Program-made: the position numbers and the translations under genes
In this document: positions 1-8,517 of the stretch, one piece after another
Layout of the letters: every line of letters starts with the position of its first letter
How positions within the stretch are numbered: position 1 is the stretch's first letter
From: a virus
Lineage: Duplodnaviria > Caudoviricetes
IMG/VR virus record: IMGVR_UViG_3300030095_006136
Location: 1 to 37,623 of that record
Length of the DNA stretch: 37,623 nt
Strand: one strand, 5' to 3'
The notes under the pieces: generated by a model
Told to the model about the DNA's origin: nothing
The model's input: only the letters and a program-made list of their open reading frames with translations
Databases searched by the model: none

Positions 1-99
1 GCCATTTCTGTACTTCTTCCTCAGGAATAGAGAATAAGACAGAAGCATAATACTTATGTAAATCTGCTCCTTCATTAATCTTATCTTTCATAACAGATT
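1..99. repeat. 99-bp terminal direct repeat (left copy); circular assembly overlap
   Basis: 1-99 (GCCATTTCTG...ACAGATT) is identical to 37525-37623; the polA reading frame continues across the join. Confidence 0.97.
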
Positions 100-1222
100 C
101 CCCAAAAGCATCATAAAGTACTTGAGCTAGGGTAGCTAATTCAATTGCACTATAATCTGTTATTAAAAGAGTATTCCCTTCAGCAGCTTTAAACATAGAC
201 CTAATCTCGCCATCTCTAGGTAACTGTTGTATATTAGGAGAGGAGCATCCAGTTCTTCCTGTATTTTTTAATAAATCATATCTTGGATGAACTCTATCTC
301 CTGATAACTTCCTAATAAAGAAAGTAGTTTTTTCTAGTTTTTTATATTCTAAATAATTAGCTATAAAAGGCTCCTGTTTGTAAACCTCTAATTCAGTTTC
401 CTTCATAGAATAATCCCCTTTTTCCGTTTTAGGTAAATCTAATTCCAAATAATCAATAATGTTATTATATACTCCTTGATTACCTTTTATTCCTTTAACC
501 CAACCATAGGTACACATTATATCAAAGCATTTATTCATTTTAGTTTTTAATAAGGTTAGTGCGGCTCCGGCTTTACTTTCGTCAAAGCCTATTCCGTTTT
601 TATACATTCTATTTAACGCTAAAGAACCTAATAACTGTATATGATGAGATAACATTGTTAAAGAACCTGTTTTAATGATATCTATTTTAAGAGCTAAATA
701 ACTTCTAAAGGTGGCTATAACGTCAGCCGCCCCATATTCTAAAAACTCTATAGGTATTTTATCTATTGGAATATTTTTAAATTGTTCAAAGTTACATCTT
801 ATTTGTGAAATCTTCTCCAGCGGTATGTTAAGAACTTCTTGAGAGATCGTAGCCAATCCATACTTATTAGGGACACAACCAACAGTAGCCAAGCCAAGTA
901 ACCTATACATAATAAGTATGTCATATATTGAGCCATCTTCTATTTTTCCTTTAAATCTGAAATCTGTATTTTTCTCTATAACATCAATATCAAAAGAAGC
1001 ATTTGCAAAAACGAATACTCTATCTTCATGTTGATTTAGAAAGGTAAATACTTTTTCTTTAGATACATAAAAAAGAGACTCCCCATCATATACTTGAAAA
1101 GTAATTAGATCAGGAGTCTCTGTAAAAGGAACTACAGATGTTTCTGTATCGATAGCAAGAATTCTCCCTAAGCTCTCATCTTGCCAGAATTGTATTGTGT
1201 AGTGCTCACTATCGAATAACAT
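1..1222 (-). CDS. polA: DNA polymerase family A, N-terminal part (3'-5' exonuclease plus start of the polymerase domain); continues at 37524..37049, about 565 aa in total
   Basis: Not in the ORF track. Manual translation from ATG 1222 gives MLFDSEHY...LAIDTET (ExoI)...FANASFD (ExoII)...YGAAD (ExoIII)...TGRTGCSSPNIQQLPR...DYSAIE (motif A); in frame with the 37049..37615 ORF through the overlap. Confidence 0.93.
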   Translation of the reverse strand, partial: MLFDSEHYTIQFWQDESLGRILAIDTETSVVPFTETPDLITFQVYDGESLFYVSKEKVFTFLNQHEDRVFVFANASFDIDVIEKNTDFRFKGKIEDGSIYDILIMYRLLGLATVGCVPNKYGLATISQEVLNIPLEKISQIRCNFEQFKNIPIDKIPIEFLEYGAADVIATFRSYLALKIDIIKTGSLTMLSHHIQLLGSLALNRMYKNGIGFDESKAGAALTLLKTKMNKCFDIMCTYGWVKGIKGNQGVYNNIIDYLELDLPKTEKGDYSMKETELEVYKQEPFIANYLEYKKLEKTTFFIRKLSGDRVHPRYDLLKNTGRTGCSSPNIQQLPRDGEIRSMFKAAEGNTLLITDYSAIELATLAQVLYDAFGESVMKDKINEGADLHKYYASVLFSIPEEEVQKW

Positions 1223-1230
1223 CTATATCC

Positions 1231-1641
1231 TTATCTTCTCATAAAGCGTTTGATTTTATTTCTATCCTTATATCCTGGATTAGCTTCTATTGCCGTATTT
1301 ACGAGAAGTTCTTTACCTACTAAGGATTCTAAAGCTAAAGAGTCATTACCTAAGCTCTCAAATCCTCCATTAATCCCTACTGATTTTAAAAACTTATCCA
1401 ATTGTTCTCTTCCAATTGACTGAGCTTTAGCACTAGTATGGTTAATTAAAAAAGTATGAAACAATAATCTCTTTTCATAGTCTCCTTCTGTAATAGAAAA
1501 AGAGGCATCTATATAAGAGCCGTTTCCACTTTTAGTTTGTTTTTCAGTAACTCTATTCAAAGCTACTACATATTCTCCATCTGGAACTGGATCATACGCT
1601 TTCTTTTCTTGATTTCCTTGTGTCTGAACATTACTAATCAT
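1231..1641 (-). CDS. DUF669-like phage single-stranded DNA-binding protein
   Basis: YDPVPDGEY...KQTKSGNGSYI...ITEGDYEKRLLF pattern typical of DUF669; AAGGAG RBS; next to polA. Confidence 0.75.
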   Translation of the reverse strand: MISNVQTQGNQEKKAYDPVPDGEYVVALNRVTEKQTKSGNGSYIDASFSITEGDYEKRLLFHTFLINHTSAKAQSIGREQLDKFLKSVGINGGFESLGNDSLALESLVGKELLVNTAIEANPGYKDRNKIKRFMRR

Positions 1642-1667
1642 AAATGTTTCTCCTTGTATATGGCAAG

Positions 1668-1874
1668 TTAAAGATCAGAGAGTTTATCTTTATGATAATC
1701 TCTATGTAAGCCTTCTAAAAATTTATCTAATTCTTTTGTATGATACTTTCTTATTCCAGTAGAAATTAATTCTACTACAACCATTTGAGCATCTATATCA
1801 AAGTTTTCTAATTGCCCTCCATTCATTAAATCTGCTATTACTTCCATTATAGTTTCTTCATTTAAGTGGTTCAT
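1668..1874 (-). CDS. hypothetical protein
   Basis: 68-aa ORF overlapping the upstream stop (ATGA-type coupling). Confidence 0.6.
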   Translation of the reverse strand: MNHLNEETIMEVIADLMNGGQLENFDIDAQMVVVELISTGIRKYHTKELDKFLEGLHRDYHKDKLSDL

Positions 1875-2059
1875 TTTTCCCTCATATATTGTTTCTTAGA
1901 TAATCTATAAATACTACGTTTTGTTATAATAGTATCTGTCCCATCTTCAGATTTTATAGTCTCAAATATAATTCCATTATGGGCACGCATATATTGTCTC
2001 TTTTTACGAGGATCGAATCCCGTTATTCTTCTAAGAGCTCTTGCTAGTTTTCCCCGCAC
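1871..2059 (-). CDS. small basic hypothetical protein
   Basis: 62-aa Arg/Lys-rich ORF, GTG start preceded by AAGGA. Confidence 0.6.
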   Translation of the reverse strand: MRGKLARALRRITGFDPRKKRQYMRAHNGIIFETIKSEDGTDTIITKRSIYRLSKKQYMREK

Positions 2060-2204
2060 TCTTTTTTCCTTTAGTTGTTACTTTATTGCAACAACAAGTA
2101 TTACTATGAACAATTTTTAATAAATCCATTAGTTCATCTATTTTATTACTCATGGTATCTAATTTCTTTAACCTATCTAATTCTAATTCTCTATTCGTCG
2201 GCAT
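2031..2204 (-). CDS. hypothetical 57-aa protein (not in ORF track)
   Basis: AAGGAG RBS, then MPTNRELELDRLKKLDTMSNKIDELMDLLKIVHSNTCCCNKVTTKGKKSAGKTSKSS*. Confidence 0.65.
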   Translation of the reverse strand: MPTNRELELDRLKKLDTMSNKIDELMDLLKIVHSNTCCCNKVTTKGKKSAGKTSKSS

Positions 2205-2311
2205 TTTTTCTCCTTGTCATTTGATATATTAACTGTAACGATATCGATACAAAAATACATATTAAATCATATATAACTAATGTTTGTAGTATAGTCAATA
2301 TTAAATCTATC

Positions 2312-2560
2312 TTATTTGTCACTACCATCTTTAAAAACTCCTTGTTTCTGTAATAACTCAATAATTTGACTTCTAAGTTTTTTTTTACAAAAATCAGATG
2401 GGATATCTAATTCTCCATTATATATAAATTCTTCTAATTCTATTTTTCTATCTCTTAATCTTTTTCTTACATTAACCCAAAAATGTATATCATATCTAGG
2501 AGGACGCCGATCAATATAATAAGATATCTCTTTTATAGCCTTATCTAATTCTATTAACAT
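2312..2560 (-). CDS. hypothetical protein
   Basis: ORF-track 2312..2599; likely start is MLIELDK at 2560, after a GGAG RBS. Confidence 0.6.
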   Translation of the reverse strand: MLIELDKAIKEISYYIDRRPPRYDIHFWVNVRKRLRDRKIELEEFIYNGELDIPSDFCKKKLRSQIIELLQKQGVFKDGSDK

Positions 2561-2567
2561 ATCTACT

Positions 2568-3392
2568 TTACTCCATAATGCTGTCATCTGATGAGTCATC
2601 TTTAAACTCCGCCCAAGAAGGTAAGTCTACTTCCTGTATACCTTCTTTATAATAAATACCTGTTTTTCTAGATTTAAGCAACTTTTTAATTGCACTTTTA
2701 TATTTACGTCTACCATTTTTTAATAAGTTAGCTGAGGCTTTTAATACCCCTATATCATTATTTTGTTTATTTAGAAAGACAAATAAGAAGTCATGATCTT
2801 TTCCAGTATATTCTTTAAAGGCATCTACATATAGAGCAGCACTTAAATCATAATCAAATCTCATAATTGTTTTAGCAGCACTGAATTTATCTACTTGATC
2901 AGATGTAGTTTTTAAATCTATAACCAATCCTTCTTTAATATAATCGGCTCTAACTTTAATTGGTAACCCTTCTAAAACTGTACATAAAGTATGTTCAGGA
3001 CAACCATCTTGTATTAATCCTTTAGTTTCCTTATTATCATTATATGCATTTATAAGACTAATCGCTGTAAGTTCTTGAGATTTAGTAAGAATAATTTTAT
3101 CTGTATTGTTTTCTTTAAATTCTGTCCAAGCTTTGCCTCTTCTTGTTAACCCTTCAAATATAATAAATTCATCTTCTGTTTTCTCTGGTTCCAGAATTAA
3201 AGAATGTATATAAGATCCAAAGTCATATGCACTTTTATATATCTCTTCTTTAGTCTCTTTTAAGATATATTTTCTATAATATTCTCTAGAATCTTTTAAA
3301 AATAATTTAAGAGATGAAGATGACTCAAAATTCCTATCTTGATGATAATCTTCATTAGCTATATCTTTATTAATTCCTAATTTCAATTTCAT
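2568..3392 (-). CDS. PD-(D/E)XK exonuclease, RecE/ExoVIII-like (DUF3799 type)
   Basis: NEDYH, SSSSLK, FGSYIHSLILEP, KVRADYI, IDLKTT and YDLSAALY motifs. Confidence 0.85.
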   Translation of the reverse strand: MKLKLGINKDIANEDYHQDRNFESSSSLKLFLKDSREYYRKYILKETKEEIYKSAYDFGSYIHSLILEPEKTEDEFIIFEGLTRRGKAWTEFKENNTDKIILTKSQELTAISLINAYNDNKETKGLIQDGCPEHTLCTVLEGLPIKVRADYIKEGLVIDLKTTSDQVDKFSAAKTIMRFDYDLSAALYVDAFKEYTGKDHDFLFVFLNKQNNDIGVLKASANLLKNGRRKYKSAIKKLLKSRKTGIYYKEGIQEVDLPSWAEFKDDSSDDSIME

Positions 3393-3757
3393 TTTTTTTC
3401 CTTATTTCTAGCTTTAATGCTTTCTGATTCAAAATAATCTAATACTGCTGTTATTTCCTTTGGAGTTAACTTTATACGAGGCATTTTATAACCATACTTT
3501 TTTATTAATCTCATTATAATAGGATCTTTATTTTTATAATAAACTCTAACATCAGTTAACCACCCTATTAACCATTCTCTTTCTCTCCTTTCAGTAACAT
3601 GTAATAGATTAGGTGCTTTTAATCTTCTTTTAGTTTCTTTTTCAATAACATGACAGCTACTACAAGCCTTTCTTCTAAAGACTTTTTTTCCAATTTTTAT
3701 TGTATCTTCTGCATAACTTATATTAATACACATTAATAGTATAAGCATCCATCGCAT
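3389..3757 (-). CDS. class I c-type cytochrome with Sec signal peptide
   Basis: Signal peptide MRWMLILLMCINISYA; GKKVF...CSSCH haem-binding motif; APNL; WLIGWL; YKMP axial Met; C-terminal helix LTPKEITAVLDYF. Confidence 0.85.
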   Translation of the reverse strand: MRWMLILLMCINISYAEDTIKIGKKVFRRKACSSCHVIEKETKRRLKAPNLLHVTERREREWLIGWLTDVRVYYKNKDPIIMRLIKKYGYKMPRIKLTPKEITAVLDYFESESIKARNKEKK

Positions 3758-5889
3758 TATTCTAAACTCCTATATGCATAAATAGTTCTATTAGTCTTCT
3801 CTCTTTTAATAGCTACTAATTCTATCTCTTCAGATTCTATTAAATCTTCTATAATTTCTTCTCTTTCTCTTTTTTTTAAATGTCTAACTTTTTTAGTAAG
3901 TTCTTGTTTAGCTATTCCTTTATCTTCTGTAGATTTAATAATAGTTACTATTTTATTACGATTATTTTCATATTGGTTATCAAATATAGATTCTCCAATT
4001 ACTTCTTGTACCACAGAATAATAATATTTAATGGTTTGATTAGCAAAAACAACATCTTCTACATCTACAACAATCTTTAACTTTTTTAAGAATTGTCTAG
4101 ACACGGCATGTATCATAGCTATTTTAAGCATCTGTTGGTATAGTCTACTTATAATAGGTAAAAGTTTATTATCGGAATCAGTAGTAGTTCTTAAAGAATC
4201 TAATTCTTCAAAGTATTTCTGTAATAATTCATGAGCTTTTTCAGTGGCTTGTAATTTAGTTATATCTTGTTTAATCCCAGCCACTTCATCAGTTTTCTCA
4301 TCAGGAGAATGCCCTGCTAAATTAGTTAAGTAATCTTTTTCTTTTGGAGATAACGAAATAGGGTTTTCTACCCTGCGTGCTTTCTTATTATATTCTCCTT
4401 TAAATATAAGAAAACGTCCCATTAAACCTTTTTCAATGCTTGTGGTGGAAACTCCTTCTGAGAGTCCCCTAGGAGTAGTTGAACAAAGGAGGTTGACGTT
4501 AGGTCTAATGGAACGTCCCTTATGACCGACAGCAGTCTGTCGTCCTAAAAAAATAGATGTTGATGAAGTATATAGTTCGGCTAGAATATCTGCCATTTTA
4601 GTATTATAGGGAGATCCTCCTTTATTAACGGTAGATAATAACCCTCCAGCTTCATCTATAATATCTAACCGAACAGGACTTTCAGGTAGTGTATCCATTA
4701 AAGAAGCATCTGATACATAGTCTCCTGCCCCTAATAAAAACTCTAATTTAGAATCTATTAAAGCTTCTTTTATTTTTTCTTGAGGAGCATTTTTTCCAGC
4801 ACCAGAAGGAGCTACATTAAGTATATATAAATTAGGAGCAACTCCTTCAAACTCAAATTTTCTACCGCATAGAGTAGCCATTAAAGAAAGAGAAGCACTG
4901 AATGCAAAAGCTGGTTGCTCAATATAACTATTTCTTAGAATGTAATTCATGATTACAGCGAGGACACCTTCCGGTTTCGGTAATACGGGCTTTAACTTTT
5001 TTTGGAGGTTTCCTCTTGAGCACTTTCCCTCTCCATCTTCTCCTTTATTTCTTTCAATTCTTGGTATAATTGGGATTTCGTAAGATTGGGAGTTTGAGAA
5101 TCTTTTTGTATTAAACGACTGTAAACAGTTAGTATACAACATAAGGGCGTTAGTAAAAGGCTCATCATGCCTATACTCATCCGAGTCAGTAAAAAGGGGT
5201 GTCTCATGTTTTTCCTTATCCTGTGTTATTAATTTAAATATAGCTTCATTAATAGGAACCTTATCTCTAATTAAATTAGAACAATATTTAACCATCTCAT
5301 CGTTTCTACCATTAACTACTTTGGTAAAAGATTCGGCTACATTACTACCACTTAATTGTAATAGTTTTTGATTTAAGTTCGGAATGAAGTTAGTTGGAAA
5401 TTTTGGTAAAGTTGTTATATCTATATCTAATAGAGATTTATTAGTCCATTTATAAGAGGTACCACTAGGGTGTCTAGATGGAGGCAGAGTAGTTTTTTTC
5501 CCTTCTGCAAGAATCTCAATCACAACTTGACCTCTATATTTTATATTACATGTTTTAATAGCTTCGTCATATCTATAAAATCTAGTCCATCCTTTGCCTC
5601 CTACTTTTTCCACTGGAGAGGGAATAGTCATTTGATTAATTATTTTAACTATTTCTGGGTCAATGCAATCCATATCAACAGCGATAATACCTGATGCTTT
5701 TCCTGTACATAAAGCAATGTTAGTTTTATCAAATGATGTTTTCCACTGTAAAACTTCTTCTTTGGTAGGTTTTCTATCACAATATTCAGTCCATCCTTTT
5801 ATAGCTGGTTGCTTCATAGCGAATTTATCTGGAATAACTGACATTCCCTTATCAATAAAATCGTCAACATACTCTTTATATATATTCAT
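3757..5889 (-). CDS. bifunctional primase-polymerase (Prim-Pol) fused to a DUF3987-like P-loop helicase
   Basis: N-terminal KQPAIKGW, NIALCTG, IIAVDMD, TLPPSRHPSG; C-terminal Walker A APSGAGKN, Walker B IIDE, GLMGRFL. Likely start MNIYKEY at 5889 after GAGGAG. Confidence 0.85.
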   Translation of the reverse strand: MNIYKEYVDDFIDKGMSVIPDKFAMKQPAIKGWTEYCDRKPTKEEVLQWKTSFDKTNIALCTGKASGIIAVDMDCIDPEIVKIINQMTIPSPVEKVGGKGWTRFYRYDEAIKTCNIKYRGQVVIEILAEGKKTTLPPSRHPSGTSYKWTNKSLLDIDITTLPKFPTNFIPNLNQKLLQLSGSNVAESFTKVVNGRNDEMVKYCSNLIRDKVPINEAIFKLITQDKEKHETPLFTDSDEYRHDEPFTNALMLYTNCLQSFNTKRFSNSQSYEIPIIPRIERNKGEDGEGKCSRGNLQKKLKPVLPKPEGVLAVIMNYILRNSYIEQPAFAFSASLSLMATLCGRKFEFEGVAPNLYILNVAPSGAGKNAPQEKIKEALIDSKLEFLLGAGDYVSDASLMDTLPESPVRLDIIDEAGGLLSTVNKGGSPYNTKMADILAELYTSSTSIFLGRQTAVGHKGRSIRPNVNLLCSTTPRGLSEGVSTTSIEKGLMGRFLIFKGEYNKKARRVENPISLSPKEKDYLTNLAGHSPDEKTDEVAGIKQDITKLQATEKAHELLQKYFEELDSLRTTTDSDNKLLPIISRLYQQMLKIAMIHAVSRQFLKKLKIVVDVEDVVFANQTIKYYYSVVQEVIGESIFDNQYENNRNKIVTIIKSTEDKGIAKQELTKKVRHLKKREREEIIEDLIESEEIELVAIKREKTNRTIYAYRSLE

Positions 5890-5890
5890 A

Positions 5891-6103
5891 TTACTCCTCA
5901 TCTTCATCTTCATCTTCATTCGAATCTAATTCTAATAATTCATACTCTTGAATAACTTGAAACCCACAAGCGGTTAAAAACTTATTAAAAGCTTCTGTTA
6001 TTTCTCCTAATGTTTGTCCATTAGTTTCTATATTAATAGTAACTCCTTCTGTAGTATCTTCAATATGTTTAAAATGGTGAGGTGTTTTTATAAATTTAAT
6101 CAT
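5891..6103 (-). CDS. hypothetical protein with acidic tail
   Basis: 70 aa, FNKFLTACGF motif, EDEDEDEE C-terminus. Confidence 0.65.
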   Translation of the reverse strand: MIKFIKTPHHFKHIEDTTEGVTINIETNGQTLGEITEAFNKFLTACGFQVIQEYELLELDSNEDEDEDEE

Positions 6104-6105
6104 AA

Positions 6106-6504
6106 TTAAAACCTAAAGTATATTCCAGTAAAAGTAATTACTGGGGTTATTGTAGTAGTTACTCCTACATAATCATTATAAGGTATATTAACTTCTACTC
6201 CTAAGACAGGTACTATATCACAGCCAAATGGAGTGATTACATTTCTATATTCAAATTCATGTTCATCTTGAAAATAAGCCCCTATCTTAATATTGATAGA
6301 ACCTAAGGTTGGATGCGATGCGGCAGGAATATCATAGCCTATACCAAATATTCCTTCTCCTATGGAATTTTCACCTATTAAAATATTTATTCTATTTTCC
6401 CATTTAACTACTGCAGTAGATCTCAACATTGTTGAAGAAAAAGGTAAAGAGCTATCATGCATTATGTGATGAATAAGCCCGCCTATTATTAGTTCATTTA
6501 CCAT
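6106..6504 (-). CDS. putative small outer-membrane beta-barrel protein (PagP-like?)
   Basis: Alternating amphipathic strands, HH near the N-terminus, GENSIG, terminal YFRF beta-signal; GGGAG RBS. Confidence 0.45.
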   Translation of the reverse strand: MVNELIIGGLIHHIMHDSSLPFSSTMLRSTAVVKWENRINILIGENSIGEGIFGIGYDIPAASHPTLGSINIKIGAYFQDEHEFEYRNVITPFGCDIVPVLGVEVNIPYNDYVGVTTTITPVITFTGIYFRF

Positions 6505-6522
6505 TAATTACTCCCATAGAAA

Positions 6523-6551
6523 ATACTACTTAATATTTAGTGAACTGTCAA
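6523..6551 (-). promoter_or_regulatory. sigma70-type promoter for the replication operon
   Basis: TTGACA (6551-6546), 17 bp, TAGTAT (6528-6523) on the minus strand. Confidence 0.75.
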
Positions 6552-6574
6552 TCTTACTTCTATATATTTAAAGT

Positions 6575-6646
6575 TGTCCGTTTTTGTCCGTTTTTGTCCG
6601 TTTTATGTCCGTTTTATGTCCGTTTAACAAAATTACTGTCCGTTTT
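6575..6646. repeat. iteron-like array, candidate replication origin
   Basis: TGTCCGTTT at 6575, 6585, 6595, 6606, 6617 and 6637; followed by CCGCGCGCCCCC and AT-rich DNA; intergenic. Confidence 0.7.
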
Positions 6647-6743
6647 TCAAAACCGCGCGCCCCCTTAATATTATATTCCAGTGTGTAAAACTTATTAATA
6701 TTCACTACTTACCTACTTTTTGTACTTATTTCTTTTTTTAAAC

Positions 6744-6771
6744 TTGACTTCTAAATATTTTATGATAAACT
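6744..6771 (+). promoter_or_regulatory. possible sigma70 promoter antisense to the early operon
   Basis: TTGACT, 16 bp, extended -10 TGnTAAACT. Confidence 0.35.
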
Positions 6772-6817
6772 AGTCCCTAAAGACATTTCAATTTAAATAA
6801 ATTAAAGAGACTAGTTT
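6767..6817 (-). terminator. 12-bp stem-loop directly after the stop of the early operon (terminator or processing site)
   Basis: Minus strand AAACTAGTCTCT...AGGGACTAGTTT, with one G-U pair; large loop and weak U tract. Confidence 0.45.
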
Positions 6818-7064
6818 ATTCATTTAAATATTCATCTAATTTTAAAGCAAAATACAACTCTTTTTCGCTCTCGTTTTCCTCGAAACAATTATCTAATAAC
6901 AATCTTAAAGAAGATATCGATAAGTTGTACATGTTCTCTTTAATATCTTCATCTTTCTCATTATCTATTGTATGCTCAGATACTTTAACTATATCTATAG
7001 CATTTGCACACCTAATTAAAATAGATTCATATTTCTCTTTATTTGTTAGATTTTTTTCTTTCAT
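6816..7064 (-). CDS. hypothetical protein
   Basis: 82-aa acidic ORF in the operon. Confidence 0.6.
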   Translation of the reverse strand: MKEKNLTNKEKYESILIRCANAIDIVKVSEHTIDNEKDEDIKENMYNLSISSLRLLLDNCFEENESEKELYFALKLDEYLNE

Positions 7065-7344
7065 TTAATTTAACCTTGTTACATAAAGCCACATAATCCA
7101 TATTTAGCTGAGCACAATGTGCGATAGCATATACATAATACAAAACATCGCCTAATTCATCCAAAAATGCCTCTCTCGGCACTTCTTTTTGAGGGTAAAA
7201 CCTCCCCTTTTTATATAAGTTAGCAAGCTCTCCAGCTTCACCACAGAGTCCTACAATAGCATGTCCTAAGGCATCGTTACCTACAGGATCTCCAATCCAG
7301 TGCTCTTTTACAAATTCCATGTAATCTTGACCTTGTTTACTCAT
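7039..7344 (-). CDS. mazG: MazG-like nucleotide pyrophosphohydrolase
   Basis: GLCGEAGELANLYKK...DELGDVLYY EXXE/EXXD motifs; GGAGG RBS before MSKQ at 7344; open frame extends upstream to 7467. Confidence 0.85.
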   Translation of the reverse strand: MSKQGQDYMEFVKEHWIGDPVGNDALGHAIVGLCGEAGELANLYKKGRFYPQKEVPREAFLDELGDVLYYVYAIAHCAQLNMDYVALCNKVKLNERKKSNK

Positions 7345-7426
7345 ATTAGCCCTCCTTTTTTTAATATCGGTAAGTGTAGGACACCAAGAGTTCCCACAAA
7401 ATTCTTTACAAAACCCACATGTTTTA

Positions 7427-7435
7427 TGGTATAAT
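7427..7435 (+). promoter_or_regulatory. extended -10 promoter, probably producing a leaderless rusA mRNA
   Basis: TGGTATAAT lies 6 nt upstream of ATG 7442; TTTACA lies 19 bp upstream; no SD sequence. Confidence 0.5.
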
Positions 7436-7441
7436 TGTTGC

Positions 7442-7909
7442 ATGCTATCAGTTTCATTTTTTCTCAAATCTCCACCTTTTAGTATAAATAAGGCATACTA
7501 CCGCAACAGGCAACTAACAAAAGAAGCCCGATTGTGGCGTTCAGATATGCTGGTGCAGATGCAGCAACCATTGGTACTAACACTAATACGAGCGTTAAAA
7601 ACAGAATTCCTGCCACAAGAGCACGGGCTATCTGTAGCTTATGATTTTTATTTTCCACAAAAACTCCTTTATACTAAGAAGGGCGAAATTTCAAAACGCT
7701 CTTTTGATTTAACTAACATTGAAAAGTTATTACAAGATAATCTATTTGAAAGCCGATATAACGGCAGAGAAATAGACAATATTGTTATTGAAAATTTTGA
7801 TATAGATGATAAGTTCATCGTTAACCTCCATTCTCGAAAACTGCCTCATGACAAAGATTATCATAAAATTCATATAACGGTAGCTCTTGTAGAAAAACCA
7901 TTTCTTTAA
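7442..7909 (+). CDS. rusA: RusA-like Holliday junction resolvase
   Basis: PPFSINKAY N-terminus; catalytic DLTNIEKLLQD and DDKFI motifs. Confidence 0.75.
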   Translation: MLSVSFFLKSPPFSINKAYYRNRQLTKEARLWRSDMLVQMQQPLVLTLIRALKTEFLPQEHGLSVAYDFYFPQKLLYTKKGEISKRSFDLTNIEKLLQDNLFESRYNGREIDNIVIENFDIDDKFIVNLHSRKLPHDKDYHKIHITVALVEKPFL

Positions 7910-7921
7910 TTATCATAACCA

Positions 7922-8245
7922 TTACTCCTTTTTTCTTTGAAGTCTACTATTCCTAAACTTTTTACCTGGTAACTCCTTATTACTAATTATTTCAAAAGGA
8001 CAATCACTGTAATAATTTGCTATACGGGTAGTGTCCCATCCCATAGCATAATTTCTAGCGTTAGCCACAGGGCGATATCCTCCAATACCTAAGGTACTTT
8101 TAGGATACAACTGGTACTTAGATTGCCAAACTACATAATGTCCACATGTTAAACAGACACCCTCTTCGTTTGCCTCTACTGGAAGGTATTTAGTACTTGA
8201 ATTTGGTCTTTTAGTGCCACATGAACACATTGCTATAGCTGTCAT
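7922..8245 (-). CDS. zinc-ribbon protein (paralog of 9083..9346)
   Basis: CSC...CLTCGH, YQLYPKS. Confidence 0.6.
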   Translation of the reverse strand: MTAIAMCSCGTKRPNSSTKYLPVEANEEGVCLTCGHYVVWQSKYQLYPKSTLGIGGYRPVANARNYAMGWDTTRIANYYSDCPFEIISNKELPGKKFRNSRLQRKKE

Positions 8246-8517
8246 ATAAAAAAATCATCCTTAAAATCAGGAAAACTATCATCATCTTCCTCATCTATTT
8301 TAAATTCTAAATTTTGATCCATTGGTACAAAATAAGTAGCAAAGTAATAATTATAGTCGTTAGGGTAAGTTTTCCTAAATTCGGTTATTACCTGAGTTAA
8401 GTTTTTATTCCAAAGTATATCATAATCACCTTCAAGAATAACCACCCTATCAGATCTATCACTCTTTTTTATCTGGTCTTCTAACCATATGTCAAATTCC
8501 ATATGTTTATCTCTCAC
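8242..8517 (-). CDS. hypothetical acidic protein
   Basis: 91-aa ORF coupled to its neighbours. Confidence 0.6.
   Translation of the reverse strand: MRDKHMEFDIWLEDQIKKSDRSDRVVILEGDYDILWNKNLTQVITEFRKTYPNDYNYYFATYFVPMDQNLEFKIDEEDDDSFPDFKDDFFI

Noticed and set aside
1-99. Terminal repeat as biological phage DTR or att site
   Set aside because: It is exactly 99 bp (a common assembler k-mer) and falls mid-polA; best explained as a circular contig overlap
2270-2298. Minus-strand promoter TTGACT-17-TATATA
   Set aside because: The -10 match is weak in very AT-rich DNA; plausible but not supportable
5890-5919. MKMKMKM N-terminus / CATCTT microsatellite
   Set aside because: It is the EDEDED tail of the upstream gene read in another frame; the RBS supports a start at 5889
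3880-5929. Alternative-frame ORFs 3880..4080, 4992..5207, 5470..5694 and 5663..5929
   Set aside because: They are shadows within the primase-helicase gene, without RBS or motifs
6575-6646. CRISPR-like array
   Set aside because: Units are 10-11 bp with no unique spacers, and no cas genes are present
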